DNA of 64,000 bases from a bacterium BMS3Abin02 (lineage in GTDB: Bacteria > Actinomycetota > Acidimicrobiia > Spongiisociales > UBA4744). The stretch is taken from assembly GCA_002897675.1 (NCBI GenBank), contig BDSU01000040.1, positions 5,201 through 69,200 on the forward strand. Direction: 5' to 3'. The notes below the pieces were generated by a model, which had not been told where the DNA came from, did no database searches, and saw only the letters and a program-made list of their open reading frames with translations. Made by a program: the position numbers and the translations under genes. Below are positions 1 through 9,336 of the stretch, in pieces. The number at the start of each line of letters is the position of its first letter. The stretch's first letter is position 1.

Positions 1-315
1 AAATCCGTTGCCGACGCCCTTGGTGGAACCGTGGCGAGAGTCGTGGTCACCGAACTGCGCGACGCCGTGTTCTACGCCGACCTCGTTCTCGATCGAGATG
101 GGGAAGAGGTCCACATCTCGGCACGACCTTCCGACGCCATCGCTCTGGCGGCGAGAACAGGCGCCCCTATCTTCGCTTCTGCGGAAGTCATCGACGACGC
201 CGGAATCGAGATTCGAGACGAGGACGAGGAGTCAGAGATCGAGAAATTCAGGGAGTTTCTCGATGAGGTGACACCAGAGGATTTTGCCCCACCGGAAGAG
301 TCACCCGGGGGATGA
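1..315 (+). CDS. Bifunctional nuclease (DUF151) family protein, 5' part outside window
   Basis: Motifs FYADLVL and ARPSDAIALA, acidic tail EKFREFLDEVTPEDF; lies upstream of a MerR gene as in the actinobacterial gcvH-garA-merR-DUF151-merR cluster. Confidence 0.85.
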   Translation, partial: KSVADALGGTVARVVVTELRDAVFYADLVLDRDGEEVHISARPSDAIALAARTGAPIFASAEVIDDAGIEIRDEDEESEIEKFREFLDEVTPEDFAPPEESPGG

Positions 316-1307
316 CGAGTACCGGCAGGATCCGCATCGGGGCAGCCGCCCTCGTCGCTGTCGTCGCGCTGGGAACGCTCGGATTCGTCGTCCTGGAACA
401 CGCAGGTTTCCTCGAAGCCCTGTACATGGTCGTGATCACGATCTCAACGGTCGGATTCCGAGAAGTCGTGCCGCTCTCGGGAACAGGACGCGTCCTCACC
501 ATAGCTTTGATCATCGTCGGCGTCGGGACGTTGTTCTTCACCGCGACTGCCGTCCTGGAAATGGCGGTCGAGAGCATCTCGGAACGGAGGCGAGCGCAAA
601 TGGAGCAGAAAACGAAACGTCTGACGGATCACACGATCATCTGCGGCTGGGGACGGGTCGGCAAAGGCGTATGGGAGATCCACCAGGAGCGCAAGATCCC
701 GTGCGCGGTCATCGAACGTGAGCGATCGGCCGCCGATCGTGCCCGGGAGGCAGGCGCTCTGGTCGTCGAGGGCGACGCCACCCATGACGAGACTCTCGAA
801 CTCGGCGGCATCCGAAAGGCTCGGGCCCTCGTCGCCGCCGTGAACTCCGATTCCGACAACCTGGTCATCGTCCTGTCGGCAAGAGCTCTCCACTCCGATC
901 TGATCGTGGTCGCTCGGGCCTCGGACATGGAAGCCGAGCACAAGTTGCTCCTCGCCGGAGCCGACCGAGCGGTCTCGCCCCAGCGTGTCGGGGCCCGGCG
1001 GCTGGCTTCGCTCGTGATCCAACCCGAACTCGCGGATTTCATCGATCTCATCGCCAGCCAGGGCCCGGTCGAGTATCGCGTCCAGCGCGTGCCGGTTCAC
1101 GAGGGTTGCGGGATTGCCGGCAGGAGCCTCAAGGACGCGGCGATCCGAGAACGGTCCGGCGCGATGGTTCTGGCCGTGGAACACGCCGCGACCGGCGACC
1201 TCAACTTCAACCCCGATCCGGATCTCGTCCTCGTGCCCGGAGATGTCCTCATCGGAGTCGGTGTCCCCGGTCAGCTTGAACGCCTGGTGAACGCGTGCGG
1301 AGGGTAG
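312..1307 (+). CDS. Potassium channel protein with TrkA-N/TrkA-C (RCK) domains
   Basis: Two TM helices around pore motif TISTVGF, Rossmann motif ICGWGRVG, C-terminal TrkA-C; ATGA overlap with upstream stop. Confidence 0.9.
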   Translation: MTSTGRIRIGAAALVAVVALGTLGFVVLEHAGFLEALYMVVITISTVGFREVVPLSGTGRVLTIALIIVGVGTLFFTATAVLEMAVESISERRRAQMEQKTKRLTDHTIICGWGRVGKGVWEIHQERKIPCAVIERERSAADRAREAGALVVEGDATHDETLELGGIRKARALVAAVNSDSDNLVIVLSARALHSDLIVVARASDMEAEHKLLLAGADRAVSPQRVGARRLASLVIQPELADFIDLIASQGPVEYRVQRVPVHEGCGIAGRSLKDAAIRERSGAMVLAVEHAATGDLNFNPDPDLVLVPGDVLIGVGVPGQLERLVNACGG

Positions 1308-1390
1308 GAGCCCTTCGGCATTTGCAGGGCTCACGCCGCTGCACCGTCACGAGACGAAGACGAGGTGCCGAGCGCCAAGCTTCAACCGAG

Positions 1391-1437
1391 TTATCCACAG
1401 AGATTGTTGACAACTTGCCTGCCTCGGCGGTAACTTG
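1391..1437 (+). promoter_or_regulatory. DnaA-box consensus TTATCCACA (1391-1399) followed by candidate sigma70 promoter TTGACA-N18-TAACTT
   Basis: Exact motif matches in the intergenic gap upstream of the MerR gene. Confidence 0.45.
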
Positions 1438-1483
1438 AGCATCCGAATTACGAGCGTGTAACCTGCTACCGAGGAGCGACACC

Positions 1484-1945
1484 GTGGGCGAACAGGGATT
1501 CAGAGCACCGCAAGTATGCCATCTCGTCGGTATCACCTACCGGCAACTCGACTATTGGGCGCGCACCGGTCTGCTGCGACCGTCCTTGAAGGCCGCTCGC
1601 GGCTCCGGATCACAGCGCCTTTACTCTTTCGGCGATGTTGTGCAGCTGAAGGTGGTCAAACGCCTGCTCGACGCAGGCATGAGCCTCAAGAAGATTCGCC
1701 AGGCAATCGAGATTCTCCGTGTCCAGTTGCAGTCCGATCGCCCACTCGCAGATGTCACGTTGCTCTCGGATGGGCTGACGATCTACGCGGCGCACAGCTC
1801 GCAGGAAGTCGTCGACGTGTTCCGGCGCGGCCAGGGAGTGTTCGGCATCGCCGTCGGCCCCGTTCAGAAAGAGCTGGAAGGCGAGGTCCATGCTCTCTGG
1901 GCCGAGGAAGAGCAAGCCGCCCAGGCCAAGGAGGTAGGCGTCTGA
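1484..1945 (+). CDS. MerR family transcriptional regulator (Rv1830-like)
   Basis: GITYRQLDYWARTGL..PS...GSGSQRLYSF and GQGVFGIA motifs; GAGGAG SD before GTG. Confidence 0.92.
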   Translation: MGEQGFRAPQVCHLVGITYRQLDYWARTGLLRPSLKAARGSGSQRLYSFGDVVQLKVVKRLLDAGMSLKKIRQAIEILRVQLQSDRPLADVTLLSDGLTIYAAHSSQEVVDVFRRGQGVFGIAVGPVQKELEGEVHALWAEEEQAAQAKEVGV

Positions 1946-2382
1946 ACGAAGACGCTACGTTCGAGAGCGGGCGCGCCGATCAGGTCGCGTTTGCCCACAA
2001 CAGCGAGCGGCAGTTCGCACGGCTTCTCGACTTCTACGGAATCGACTGGGAGTACGAACCCCGGGCCTTCCCCATCTCTTGGGACGAGGACGGTGCCGCG
2101 ACCGGTTTCTTCGCCCCCGATTTCTACCTCCCGAGCGAAGACGTGTTCATCGAGATCACGACCATGAACCAGCGACTCGTGACCCGAAAGAACCGGAAAG
2201 TTCGCCGGCTGAGAAGCCTGTACCCCGACGTGACCTGCAAGATCTTCTACCAGCGTGACTACCTGCACCTCCTCGTGAAATACGGCCTGGAAGAGCCCGA
2301 TCAGCTCGAAGGACTGGCGACACCGACACGAATCCCCGGCCCGCCGGACGTGAACGTCGTCGAGGACGTCTCGACCGGTTGA
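1942..2382 (+). CDS. Hypothetical protein, PD-(D/E)xK nuclease-like; probable CTG start
   Basis: C-terminal half of ORF 1516..2382 is protein-like (SERQFARLLDFYGIDWEYEP, PDFYLP..DVFIEIT); CTGA overlaps the MerR stop, with GGAGGT upstream. Confidence 0.65.
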   Translation: MNEDATFESGRADQVAFAHNSERQFARLLDFYGIDWEYEPRAFPISWDEDGAATGFFAPDFYLPSEDVFIEITTMNQRLVTRKNRKVRRLRSLYPDVTCKIFYQRDYLHLLVKYGLEEPDQLEGLATPTRIPGPPDVNVVEDVSTG

Positions 2383-2456
2383 TTCGGCGAGGATCAGGCT
2401 CTACAGGCGGTGTCTAAGCTGAGCGGTACGATGACGAGCCGGAAGGAGCTGCGCTG

Positions 2457-3509
2457 ATGCCACGTTCCCCGCTGCATACCGTACATGTCCGACTCGGCGC
2501 CAGATTCGTCGATTTCGCAGGCTGGGAGATGCCCGTTCGGTACGACAGCGTGCTGAGCGAACACCAGGCCGTTCGAGAAGCAGTCGGTGTGTTCGACGTC
2601 TCCCACCTCGGCAGGTTCCTCGTCGAGGGAAGTGGCAGCACCGACCTGCTCCGTGGCCTCCTCTGCAACGACATCGCCGACGTCGACCCCGGTGCCGCCC
2701 AGTACACGATGTCTCTGAATGAAGAGGGAGGTGTCCTCGATGACATCATTGTGTGGCGCTGGTCCGACGAGCGGTACTGGGTCATTCCCAACGGCGCGAA
2801 CGATGATGGGATCCGGGCGAGGTTTCGTGCAGCAGCACCCTCGGGCGTGACCATCGAGTCGATCAGGGAGGACACCGCCCTCGTCGCGCTTCAAGGGCCC
2901 GACTCGCCTCACGTCTTCACTACGGTGTTCGGCCTCGTGCCCGAGCATTTCCGGGTCACCACAGGTGACTTCCGTGGCACACCGGTACGAATCGCCGGAA
3001 CCGGCTACACGGGTGAACGCGGGGGTGAGATCGCGATCGCCCGAGAAGCCGGCGTCGCCATGTTCGACGCATTGCTGGATGCCGGCGCCACAGCGTGTGG
3101 ACTCGGTGCGCGCGACACTTTGAGACTGGAGATGGGCTATCCCCTGTGGGGGCAGGACCTCGACGAAACGATCACACCCCTGGAGGCAGGGCTGCGCTGG
3201 GTCGTCGGGTGGGACCACGACTTCGTCGGCAAGGCCGCCCTCGAACGCCAGGCACGACAAGGCCTGGCCAAGCATCAAGTCGCGTTCGTGATGGACGGTC
3301 GGCAGATCGCCCGACACGGATACCCGATGCGTGCAGGAACTTCGTCCGGAACGGTCACGAGTGGTAACTACAGCCCGGTGCTCGGCCGGGGGATAGGGCT
3401 CGGATACCTCAGCCCGCCCGCGAAACCAGGAGCGGCCATCGAAGTGCAGGTCCGCGGGAAATGGGTCTCCGCCCACCGATCGAAGCTGCCGTTCATCGGG
3501 AGGCGATAG
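2457..3509 (+). CDS. gcvT: Glycine cleavage system aminomethyltransferase T
   Basis: FAGWEMPVRY, FDVSHLG, TGYTGE, GLGARDTLRLEMG motifs. Confidence 0.96.
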   Translation: MPRSPLHTVHVRLGARFVDFAGWEMPVRYDSVLSEHQAVREAVGVFDVSHLGRFLVEGSGSTDLLRGLLCNDIADVDPGAAQYTMSLNEEGGVLDDIIVWRWSDERYWVIPNGANDDGIRARFRAAAPSGVTIESIREDTALVALQGPDSPHVFTTVFGLVPEHFRVTTGDFRGTPVRIAGTGYTGERGGEIAIAREAGVAMFDALLDAGATACGLGARDTLRLEMGYPLWGQDLDETITPLEAGLRWVVGWDHDFVGKAALERQARQGLAKHQVAFVMDGRQIARHGYPMRAGTSSGTVTSGNYSPVLGRGIGLGYLSPPAKPGAAIEVQVRGKWVSAHRSKLPFIGRR

Positions 3510-3512
3510 CTC

Positions 3513-4847
3513 ATGGATTTCACTCCACACACGAAGCAGGACATCTCGATGATGCTCGAGCATCTCGGACTCCGCGATGTCGACGATCTCTTCGCACACC
3601 TGCCGATCGGCGTGCTCGTCGATCGTTCTCCGGCGATCGAGAAAGGTGTCTCCGAGCCGGAGCTGCAGCACACGATCGCCGTCTGGGCCCGCTCGAATCG
3701 CTCCGATCTCATCTGTTTCGCCGGTGCCGGCTACTACGACCACTACGTTTCACCCACGGTGAAGGCGCTCACTTTTCGTCCCGAATTCGTCACCGCCTAC
3801 ACGCCATACCAGGCAGAAGTGTCCCAGGGCATGCTGCAGGTCTTGTACGAATACCAGTCGATGATCTGTGGGATCACAGAGATGGACATCACGAATGCCT
3901 CCCTGTACGACGGTGCAACCGCCGCTGCAGAGGCCGTCAACGCAGCCATGTTCGCGACCCGCCGCTCTGCGATCTGGGTTTCGTCGGGGGTGAGTCCACG
4001 GATTCGCGAGACCATCCGTACCCAGGCGACGGCGAGAGACATCGAAGTGGTCGAACATCCGCTCGTCGGTGGGAGAACCGTCTGGGCAACAGACGCCGGC
4101 CCACAACCCGCTGCCGTGCTGTGGGCCCAGCCCAACTATCTCGGCGCAGTTGAGGACTACGACGCCGCAGTCACCGCGGCGAGGCAACAGGACGCCCTTG
4201 CGGTCGTCTCCTATGATCCCATGACGCTCGGCGTGCTCCGGAGCCCCGGCTCGGCTGGAGTGGACATCGCCGTGGGCGAAGGTCAGGCTCTCGGAAACTC
4301 TCTGTCATTCGGAGGACCCGGGCTCGGACTCTTCTCCATCACGACCGAGTACGTGCGGCGCATGCCGGGTCGGATCATCGGGCGGACCGTGGATCGTGAC
4401 GGGGCGACCGCCTATGTGATGACGTTGCGAGCCAGGGAACAGGATATTCGAAGAGCCAAGGCGTCCTCCAACATCTGTTCGAATGAGGCGCTCAACGCAG
4501 TCGCCGCCGCCGTACAACTCGGGTGGCTCGGTCCGGACGGCCTCGCCGAGGTTGGAGAGCAGTCGGCGCAGAAGGCGCACTATCTGGCGGAACGTCTCGA
4601 GCAGATTCCTGGCGTTCGGCGCGCCAACGAGGCTCCATTCGTACGCGAGTTCGCCGTCCTCCTCCCCATGGAACCCGAGATCGTGATCGAGGCGATGGCC
4701 GACCGCGGCTACCTGGCAGGAGTCGCCCTTTCGAAGGACTATCCCGATCTCCCCGGTGGACTCCTGATAGCCGTCACCGAACGGAGAAGCAGAGATGAAC
4801 TCGACGGCTACGTGAGCTCCATGAGGGAGGTGATCACAAATGGCTGA
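3513..4847 (+). CDS. gcvPA: Glycine dehydrogenase subunit 1
   Basis: TAYTPYQAEVSQG, NASLYDG, REQDIRRAKASSNICSN motifs. Confidence 0.96.
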   Translation: MDFTPHTKQDISMMLEHLGLRDVDDLFAHLPIGVLVDRSPAIEKGVSEPELQHTIAVWARSNRSDLICFAGAGYYDHYVSPTVKALTFRPEFVTAYTPYQAEVSQGMLQVLYEYQSMICGITEMDITNASLYDGATAAAEAVNAAMFATRRSAIWVSSGVSPRIRETIRTQATARDIEVVEHPLVGGRTVWATDAGPQPAAVLWAQPNYLGAVEDYDAAVTAARQQDALAVVSYDPMTLGVLRSPGSAGVDIAVGEGQALGNSLSFGGPGLGLFSITTEYVRRMPGRIIGRTVDRDGATAYVMTLRAREQDIRRAKASSNICSNEALNAVAAAVQLGWLGPDGLAEVGEQSAQKAHYLAERLEQIPGVRRANEAPFVREFAVLLPMEPEIVIEAMADRGYLAGVALSKDYPDLPGGLLIAVTERRSRDELDGYVSSMREVITNG

Positions 4848-6330
4848 ACCCGCAGGACGCGCGTCATCCTCGCCGCTGCTGGGCGGCGCGACCGAGCCGA
4901 CACTCGCGGAATTCTCCAGTCCCGGAAGGAGGGCGTGGTCTCTCCCGCCCCTCGACGTGCCCAAAACGCCACTGGATCTCGAGGAAGGACGCGATGAGGC
5001 CGTCCAACTCCCGGAGGTCTCCGAGCACGACCTCGTGATGCATTTCACTCGCCTGGCACACCGCAACTTCGCCGTCGACCTGGGTGCGTATCCCCTTGGA
5101 TCCTGCACGATGAAGTACAACCCCAAGATCGCCGACTGGGCCGCCGATCTCCCGGAGTTCGGGACTCTTCATCCGGACACGCCCCCGTACGCCGCGCAGG
5201 GGGCCATGGAGGTGCTGGTGGAAGCCGAGCGTATCCTGTGCGAGCTCACCGGCATGTTCCGGGCGACGTTCCAGCCGGCCGCCGGAGCCGCAGGAGAACT
5301 CACGGGAATGATGATCACCCGCGCCTATCACACATCCAACGGCAATCCACGGAGTGTCATGCTGGTCCCTGACTCCGCCCACGGCACGAACCCGGCGTCG
5401 GCGGTGCTGAGCGGCTACGCGGTCAGAGAAGTGCCATCGAATGAACGTGGGATGGTCGACCTCGATGCACTCCGTGCCCTCCTGAACGATGAAGTCGCAG
5501 GGTTGATGCTGACCAACCCGAACACACTTGGGCTGTTCGAAGTGGAGATCCTCGACATCGCCGAGGCCGTGCATGAGGTGGGAGGCCTCCTCTACTACGA
5601 CGGAGCCAACCTGAATGCGATCCTCGGGGTATCCAGACCGGGTGACATGGGGTTCGACATCGTCCACTCCAATCTGCACAAGACGTTCGGAACCCCTCAT
5701 GGGGGTGGTGGACCGGGATCCGGCCCCGTGGCGGTTTGCAGGAGACTTGCTCCTTTTCTACCAGGACCGCTGCCGGTACGTGACGACGAAGGCTCCCTCC
5801 GGTGGGGGATGCCGGCACGCTCGATCGGCAGGGTGCATGGGAGACACGGGAACTTTGGCGTGGTGCTGCGCGCCGTCGCCTACGTGCGTGCACTCGGAGG
5901 ATCAGGTCTCCGCCGTGTGGCAGAGCGGTCTGTGCTGAATGCCCGGTATCTTGCTTCCCTCCTGAGCGACCGTTTCGAGATTCCGTACCGCACACCCTGC
6001 ATGCACGAGTTCGTGGCCTCCGCGGATCGCATCAAGACCGAAACGGGCGTGCACACCATGGACATCGTCAAGGCCCTCCTCGACGAGGGCTTCCATGCTC
6101 CGACGATGTACTTCCCTTTGATCGTCCCCGAGGCCTTGATGTTCGAACCGACCGAGACGCAGTCGAGGGAGACCCTGGAGGCGATGGCCGCCGCCCTGAA
6201 CGCAATCGCCGAGAAAGCGTACACCGACGCCGCGGCCGTCCAGAATGCTCCCGTTCTGACGCCCGTCCACCGGCCCGACGAGGCCCTTGCCGCCCGTCAT
6301 CTGAACACCAGTTGGTTCATGGAGGAGTAA
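4840..6330 (+). CDS. gcvPB: Glycine dehydrogenase subunit 2
   Basis: YPLGSCTMKYNP, SAHGTNPAS, NLHKTFGTPHGGGGPG (PLP lysine) motifs. Confidence 0.96.
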   Translation: MAEPAGRASSSPLLGGATEPTLAEFSSPGRRAWSLPPLDVPKTPLDLEEGRDEAVQLPEVSEHDLVMHFTRLAHRNFAVDLGAYPLGSCTMKYNPKIADWAADLPEFGTLHPDTPPYAAQGAMEVLVEAERILCELTGMFRATFQPAAGAAGELTGMMITRAYHTSNGNPRSVMLVPDSAHGTNPASAVLSGYAVREVPSNERGMVDLDALRALLNDEVAGLMLTNPNTLGLFEVEILDIAEAVHEVGGLLYYDGANLNAILGVSRPGDMGFDIVHSNLHKTFGTPHGGGGPGSGPVAVCRRLAPFLPGPLPVRDDEGSLRWGMPARSIGRVHGRHGNFGVVLRAVAYVRALGGSGLRRVAERSVLNARYLASLLSDRFEIPYRTPCMHEFVASADRIKTETGVHTMDIVKALLDEGFHAPTMYFPLIVPEALMFEPTETQSRETLEAMAAALNAIAEKAYTDAAAVQNAPVLTPVHRPDEALAARHLNTSWFMEE

Positions 6331-6333
6331 GTC

Positions 6334-7131
6334 ATGGAAGAGAGAACAGCGAGAGACGGAACGATGATCGCCGTGAGACGCTGGCCGGTGCAAGACCCCA
6401 AGGCAGCGATGCTCATCGTCCACGGCCTCGGTGAGCACAGCGGGCGGTACGACCACGTGGCCCGGTTCTTCAACGGGCGGGGTATCGACGTGACCGCCTT
6501 CGACCTGCGAGGACACGGCCTGTCCGGCGGACGGCGAGCCTATGTCGGACGCTGGAGCGACTACCTGGACGATGTCGAGGACAGACTGGCGGAGACCAGA
6601 TCCATCGGGACACCCCTCGTGCTCTACGGGCACTCGCTCGGAGGCCTGATTGCCACATCGTATGTCACATCGGATCGCCCACTGCCGGATGCCCTCATCG
6701 CGAGCGCACCCGGCCTCGAGGACAACCTGAAACCGATACTGCATGTGCTTCCGAAGCTCCTCGGCCCGTTGCTGCCCACGCTCGCGGTGGCAACAGGGAT
6801 CACCGGTGATCAACTGTCGCGAGACCCGGCGGTCGGAGAGGCGTATTTCGCCGATCCACTCGTCCTGACAAAGGCCACACTCCGACTCGCCGTGGAGGCG
6901 TTGCAGGCCCAGGTCACGACAATCCGGCGATTGGCGAAGATCTCGGTGCCGACGTTGACGATTCAGGGGTCCGAAGACTCGCTCGTTCCACCGTCGGCAA
7001 GTGCACTCTTGGAGCCGTACGCGAAGCGGATCATGTACGAAGGGCTTCGGCACGAGTGCCACAATGAACCCGAGCAGGCCCGGGTCCTCGATGACGTCGC
7101 CTCGTGGGTAGAGGCGCTGCTTCAGACGTAG
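6334..7131 (+). CDS. Alpha/beta hydrolase (lysophospholipase/monoacylglycerol lipase family)
   Basis: HGLGEHSGRY, DLRGHG, GHSLGG nucleophile motif, HE. Confidence 0.9.
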   Translation: MEERTARDGTMIAVRRWPVQDPKAAMLIVHGLGEHSGRYDHVARFFNGRGIDVTAFDLRGHGLSGGRRAYVGRWSDYLDDVEDRLAETRSIGTPLVLYGHSLGGLIATSYVTSDRPLPDALIASAPGLEDNLKPILHVLPKLLGPLLPTLAVATGITGDQLSRDPAVGEAYFADPLVLTKATLRLAVEALQAQVTTIRRLAKISVPTLTIQGSEDSLVPPSASALLEPYAKRIMYEGLRHECHNEPEQARVLDDVASWVEALLQT

Positions 7132-8150
7132 GCACCCCGGATTCGCTCCTCGAGAACGCTGCGCTTGACGGGAAGCGGGGCGAATGCGGCCATCATCGCG
7201 TTTTCGGTCACTTGCAGCAGGTCGGATCGCTCGAACCCGTGATGCTCGACGACCAGGCGGAACTCGCTGGACAGCGAGGTCCTGCTCATCAGCCGGTTGT
7301 CGGTATTGAGGGTGATCGTGAAGCCCGCTCTGTGAAGAGCACCGACCGGATGGCTGGAGGCAGACCAGTCGCCGGTGTGCAGGTTGGACGTAGGGCACAC
7401 TTCGAGAGGAACCCGGAAGTCGCGGACATACGTGGCGAGACTACCCAGCTCGACGATTTCGGTGCCGTCGAGCTTGCAGTCATCGATGATGTGCACGCCG
7501 TGGCCGACGCGATGGGCCCCGCAGCGTTGCAGGGCCGTCCAAATGCTGTGGGGACCGTCCACTTCTCCTGCGTGGATGGTCAAGCCCATGTTGGCGCCCC
7601 GCACCATCCTGGTGGCCACGAGGTGACGGTCTGCTGGAACGTCGAGTTCGGAGCCTGCCAGATCGAAGCCGACCACGCCGAGGTGTGAGTACGTCGAAGC
7701 GAGTCTGGCCACCAAAGGGGAGTCATCGCGCTCACGCATCGCATCCAGGATCAGGCCGACGAACATTCCCGTCTCCGCGGATCCCTGGTGAAGGCCGGCG
7801 AGTGTGGCTTCGACGACCTCCTCCGGAGTGAGGCCGAGTTCCGTGTGGTTGGTCGGTGCAAACCGGAACTCTGCGTACACGACGCCGTCTGCCGCGGTAT
7901 CCAGGACTGCCTCATAACCCACACGTTCCAGAGCCTCTCCGGTCTGCATGACACCGATCGTGTGGCGGAAGGACTCGAGATATCTGACCAGAGAACCCGA
8001 CCCACCCTGGTAGAACCATGCGGCCAGAGTTCGCTCATCGGTCTCCGGGAGCAACGCATAGCCTTGCGCCTCGGCAAGGTCGAGGATGGTGTCGATCCGG
8101 AGGCCACCGTCGAGATGGTCGTGGAGCAGGACTTTCGGCAGCGTGTTCAC
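7122..8150 (-). CDS. add: Adenosine deaminase
   Basis: LPKVLLHDHLDGGLR, TIHAGE, EVCPTSN, NTDNRLMS; GTG at 8150 overlaps the upstream stop (GTGA). Confidence 0.93.
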   Translation of the reverse strand: MNTLPKVLLHDHLDGGLRIDTILDLAEAQGYALLPETDERTLAAWFYQGGSGSLVRYLESFRHTIGVMQTGEALERVGYEAVLDTAADGVVYAEFRFAPTNHTELGLTPEEVVEATLAGLHQGSAETGMFVGLILDAMRERDDSPLVARLASTYSHLGVVGFDLAGSELDVPADRHLVATRMVRGANMGLTIHAGEVDGPHSIWTALQRCGAHRVGHGVHIIDDCKLDGTEIVELGSLATYVRDFRVPLEVCPTSNLHTGDWSASSHPVGALHRAGFTITLNTDNRLMSRTSLSSEFRLVVEHHGFERSDLLQVTENAMMAAFAPLPVKRSVLEERIRGAYV

Positions 8151-8635
8151 GATGATCTCATGAGAGCAGACTCCATCCACCAACGCCTCTCCAGGAACGG
8201 CTCCCCGTAGAGATGAACCTCGATCGTCTCACCCGGACTGAACCCGAGGTTCTCGGCAAAAGCTTCCCCCGATTGGTTTCCGAGGATCAGATCCACGGTG
8301 ACCGGAAGGGAAGGTGCCAAAGATCGGACCTTCTCGAGGAGCGATGTCGCCGCACCGTGCCGGCGGTACTCCGGGTGCGTGCACATCGCCGCCACCACGA
8401 TTTTCTTTCCTTCGACGTAGACGTCGGCGAACGCCACGGGACGGCCATCGATCTCGACGAGGAAGATCGGATGGTCGTGCCACCGTTGCTGCAGCGCCGA
8501 AGGCGAATAGGCCGCCGCCAGCCATCGTTCGATCGTGTCTACATCCAGGAGATCCCGGTATGTCGTGCGCCAAGCGACACTCGCGATCTGCGCCACGGAC
8601 ACCAGGTCCCGTTCGTCTGCCCTTCGGATTCTCAC
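8147..8635 (-). CDS. GNAT family N-acetyltransferase
   Basis: IRRA..D start, AWRTTY, HPEYRRHGAAT (motif A), N..G..F..LGF. Confidence 0.8.
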   Translation of the reverse strand: MRIRRADERDLVSVAQIASVAWRTTYRDLLDVDTIERWLAAAYSPSALQQRWHDHPIFLVEIDGRPVAFADVYVEGKKIVVAAMCTHPEYRRHGAATSLLEKVRSLAPSLPVTVDLILGNQSGEAFAENLGFSPGETIEVHLYGEPFLERRWWMESALMRSS

Positions 8636-8690
8636 GCCTCCAAACTAGTGCGTCGACAGGCAACCGACGTCGCGACCGCCCCCCACTCTG

Positions 8691-8741
8691 CGAACCCAGG
8701 GCTCGTAGGTGCGCTGAGCGCATCTACGAGCCCTGGGTTCG
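8691..8741. repeat. Long intergenic palindrome (24-bp arms, 3-nt loop), REP-like
   Basis: cgaacccagggctcgtaggtgcgc-tga-gcgcatctacgagccctgggttcg, one G.T wobble; lies between divergent genes. Confidence 0.85.
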
Positions 8742-8774
8742 GAGATTTCTGTCGGACCGTGCGAACATGAGGCC

Positions 8775-9311
8775 ATGCTGAAGGCAGGAAGACTCCTCGT
8801 CGCCACTCCGACGATTGTCGACCCCAACTTCGCGCGCACGGTCGTGTTGCTGTGCAAGTACGGAGACGAGGGGGCCGTCGGCCTGGTGCTCAATCGCCCG
8901 TCGGACGTCGCCGCAGCCGATCACCTTCCGGAGTGGACCCACCTGCTCTCCGAACCGTTCGTGGGATTTGGGGGACCGGTCGATACCGAAGCGGCCGTCG
9001 GACTCGGTCGAGGGGCGGTGCCATCAAAGCTGTGGACGCCGATCTCCTCTGATATGGGTTTGGTCGACCTCAGCCTCAGCCCGACGCAGATCCAAGGCAT
9101 CGAAGCGGTCCGGGTCTTCGCCGGCTATTCGGGATGGGGCCCCGGTCAACTCGAGGTCGAGATCGCCGAGGCAGGCTGGTTCGTGGTCGAGTCGGATGAG
9201 CGGGATGTCTTTGGTTCCGAGGCGCCCGGGCTCTGGTCGAGGGTGTTGCGACGGCAACGTGGAGAGATCGCGTTGTTCGCCGACTTTCCTGCCGATCCGA
9301 GCATGAACTGA
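8775..9311 (+). CDS. YqgE/AlgH family protein
   Basis: GRLLVA, DPNFARTVVLL, GLVLNRP, GGPV, FAGYSGWGPGQL.E. Confidence 0.92.
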   Translation: MLKAGRLLVATPTIVDPNFARTVVLLCKYGDEGAVGLVLNRPSDVAAADHLPEWTHLLSEPFVGFGGPVDTEAAVGLGRGAVPSKLWTPISSDMGLVDLSLSPTQIQGIEAVRVFAGYSGWGPGQLEVEIAEAGWFVVESDERDVFGSEAPGLWSRVLRRQRGEIALFADFPADPSMN

Positions 9312-9336
9312 GCAGCCCATCAGGTAGGCTCGTCCG

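Noticed and set aside
2383..2456. Glycine riboswitch upstream of gcvT
   Set aside because: Gap too short and lacks a recognisable aptamer
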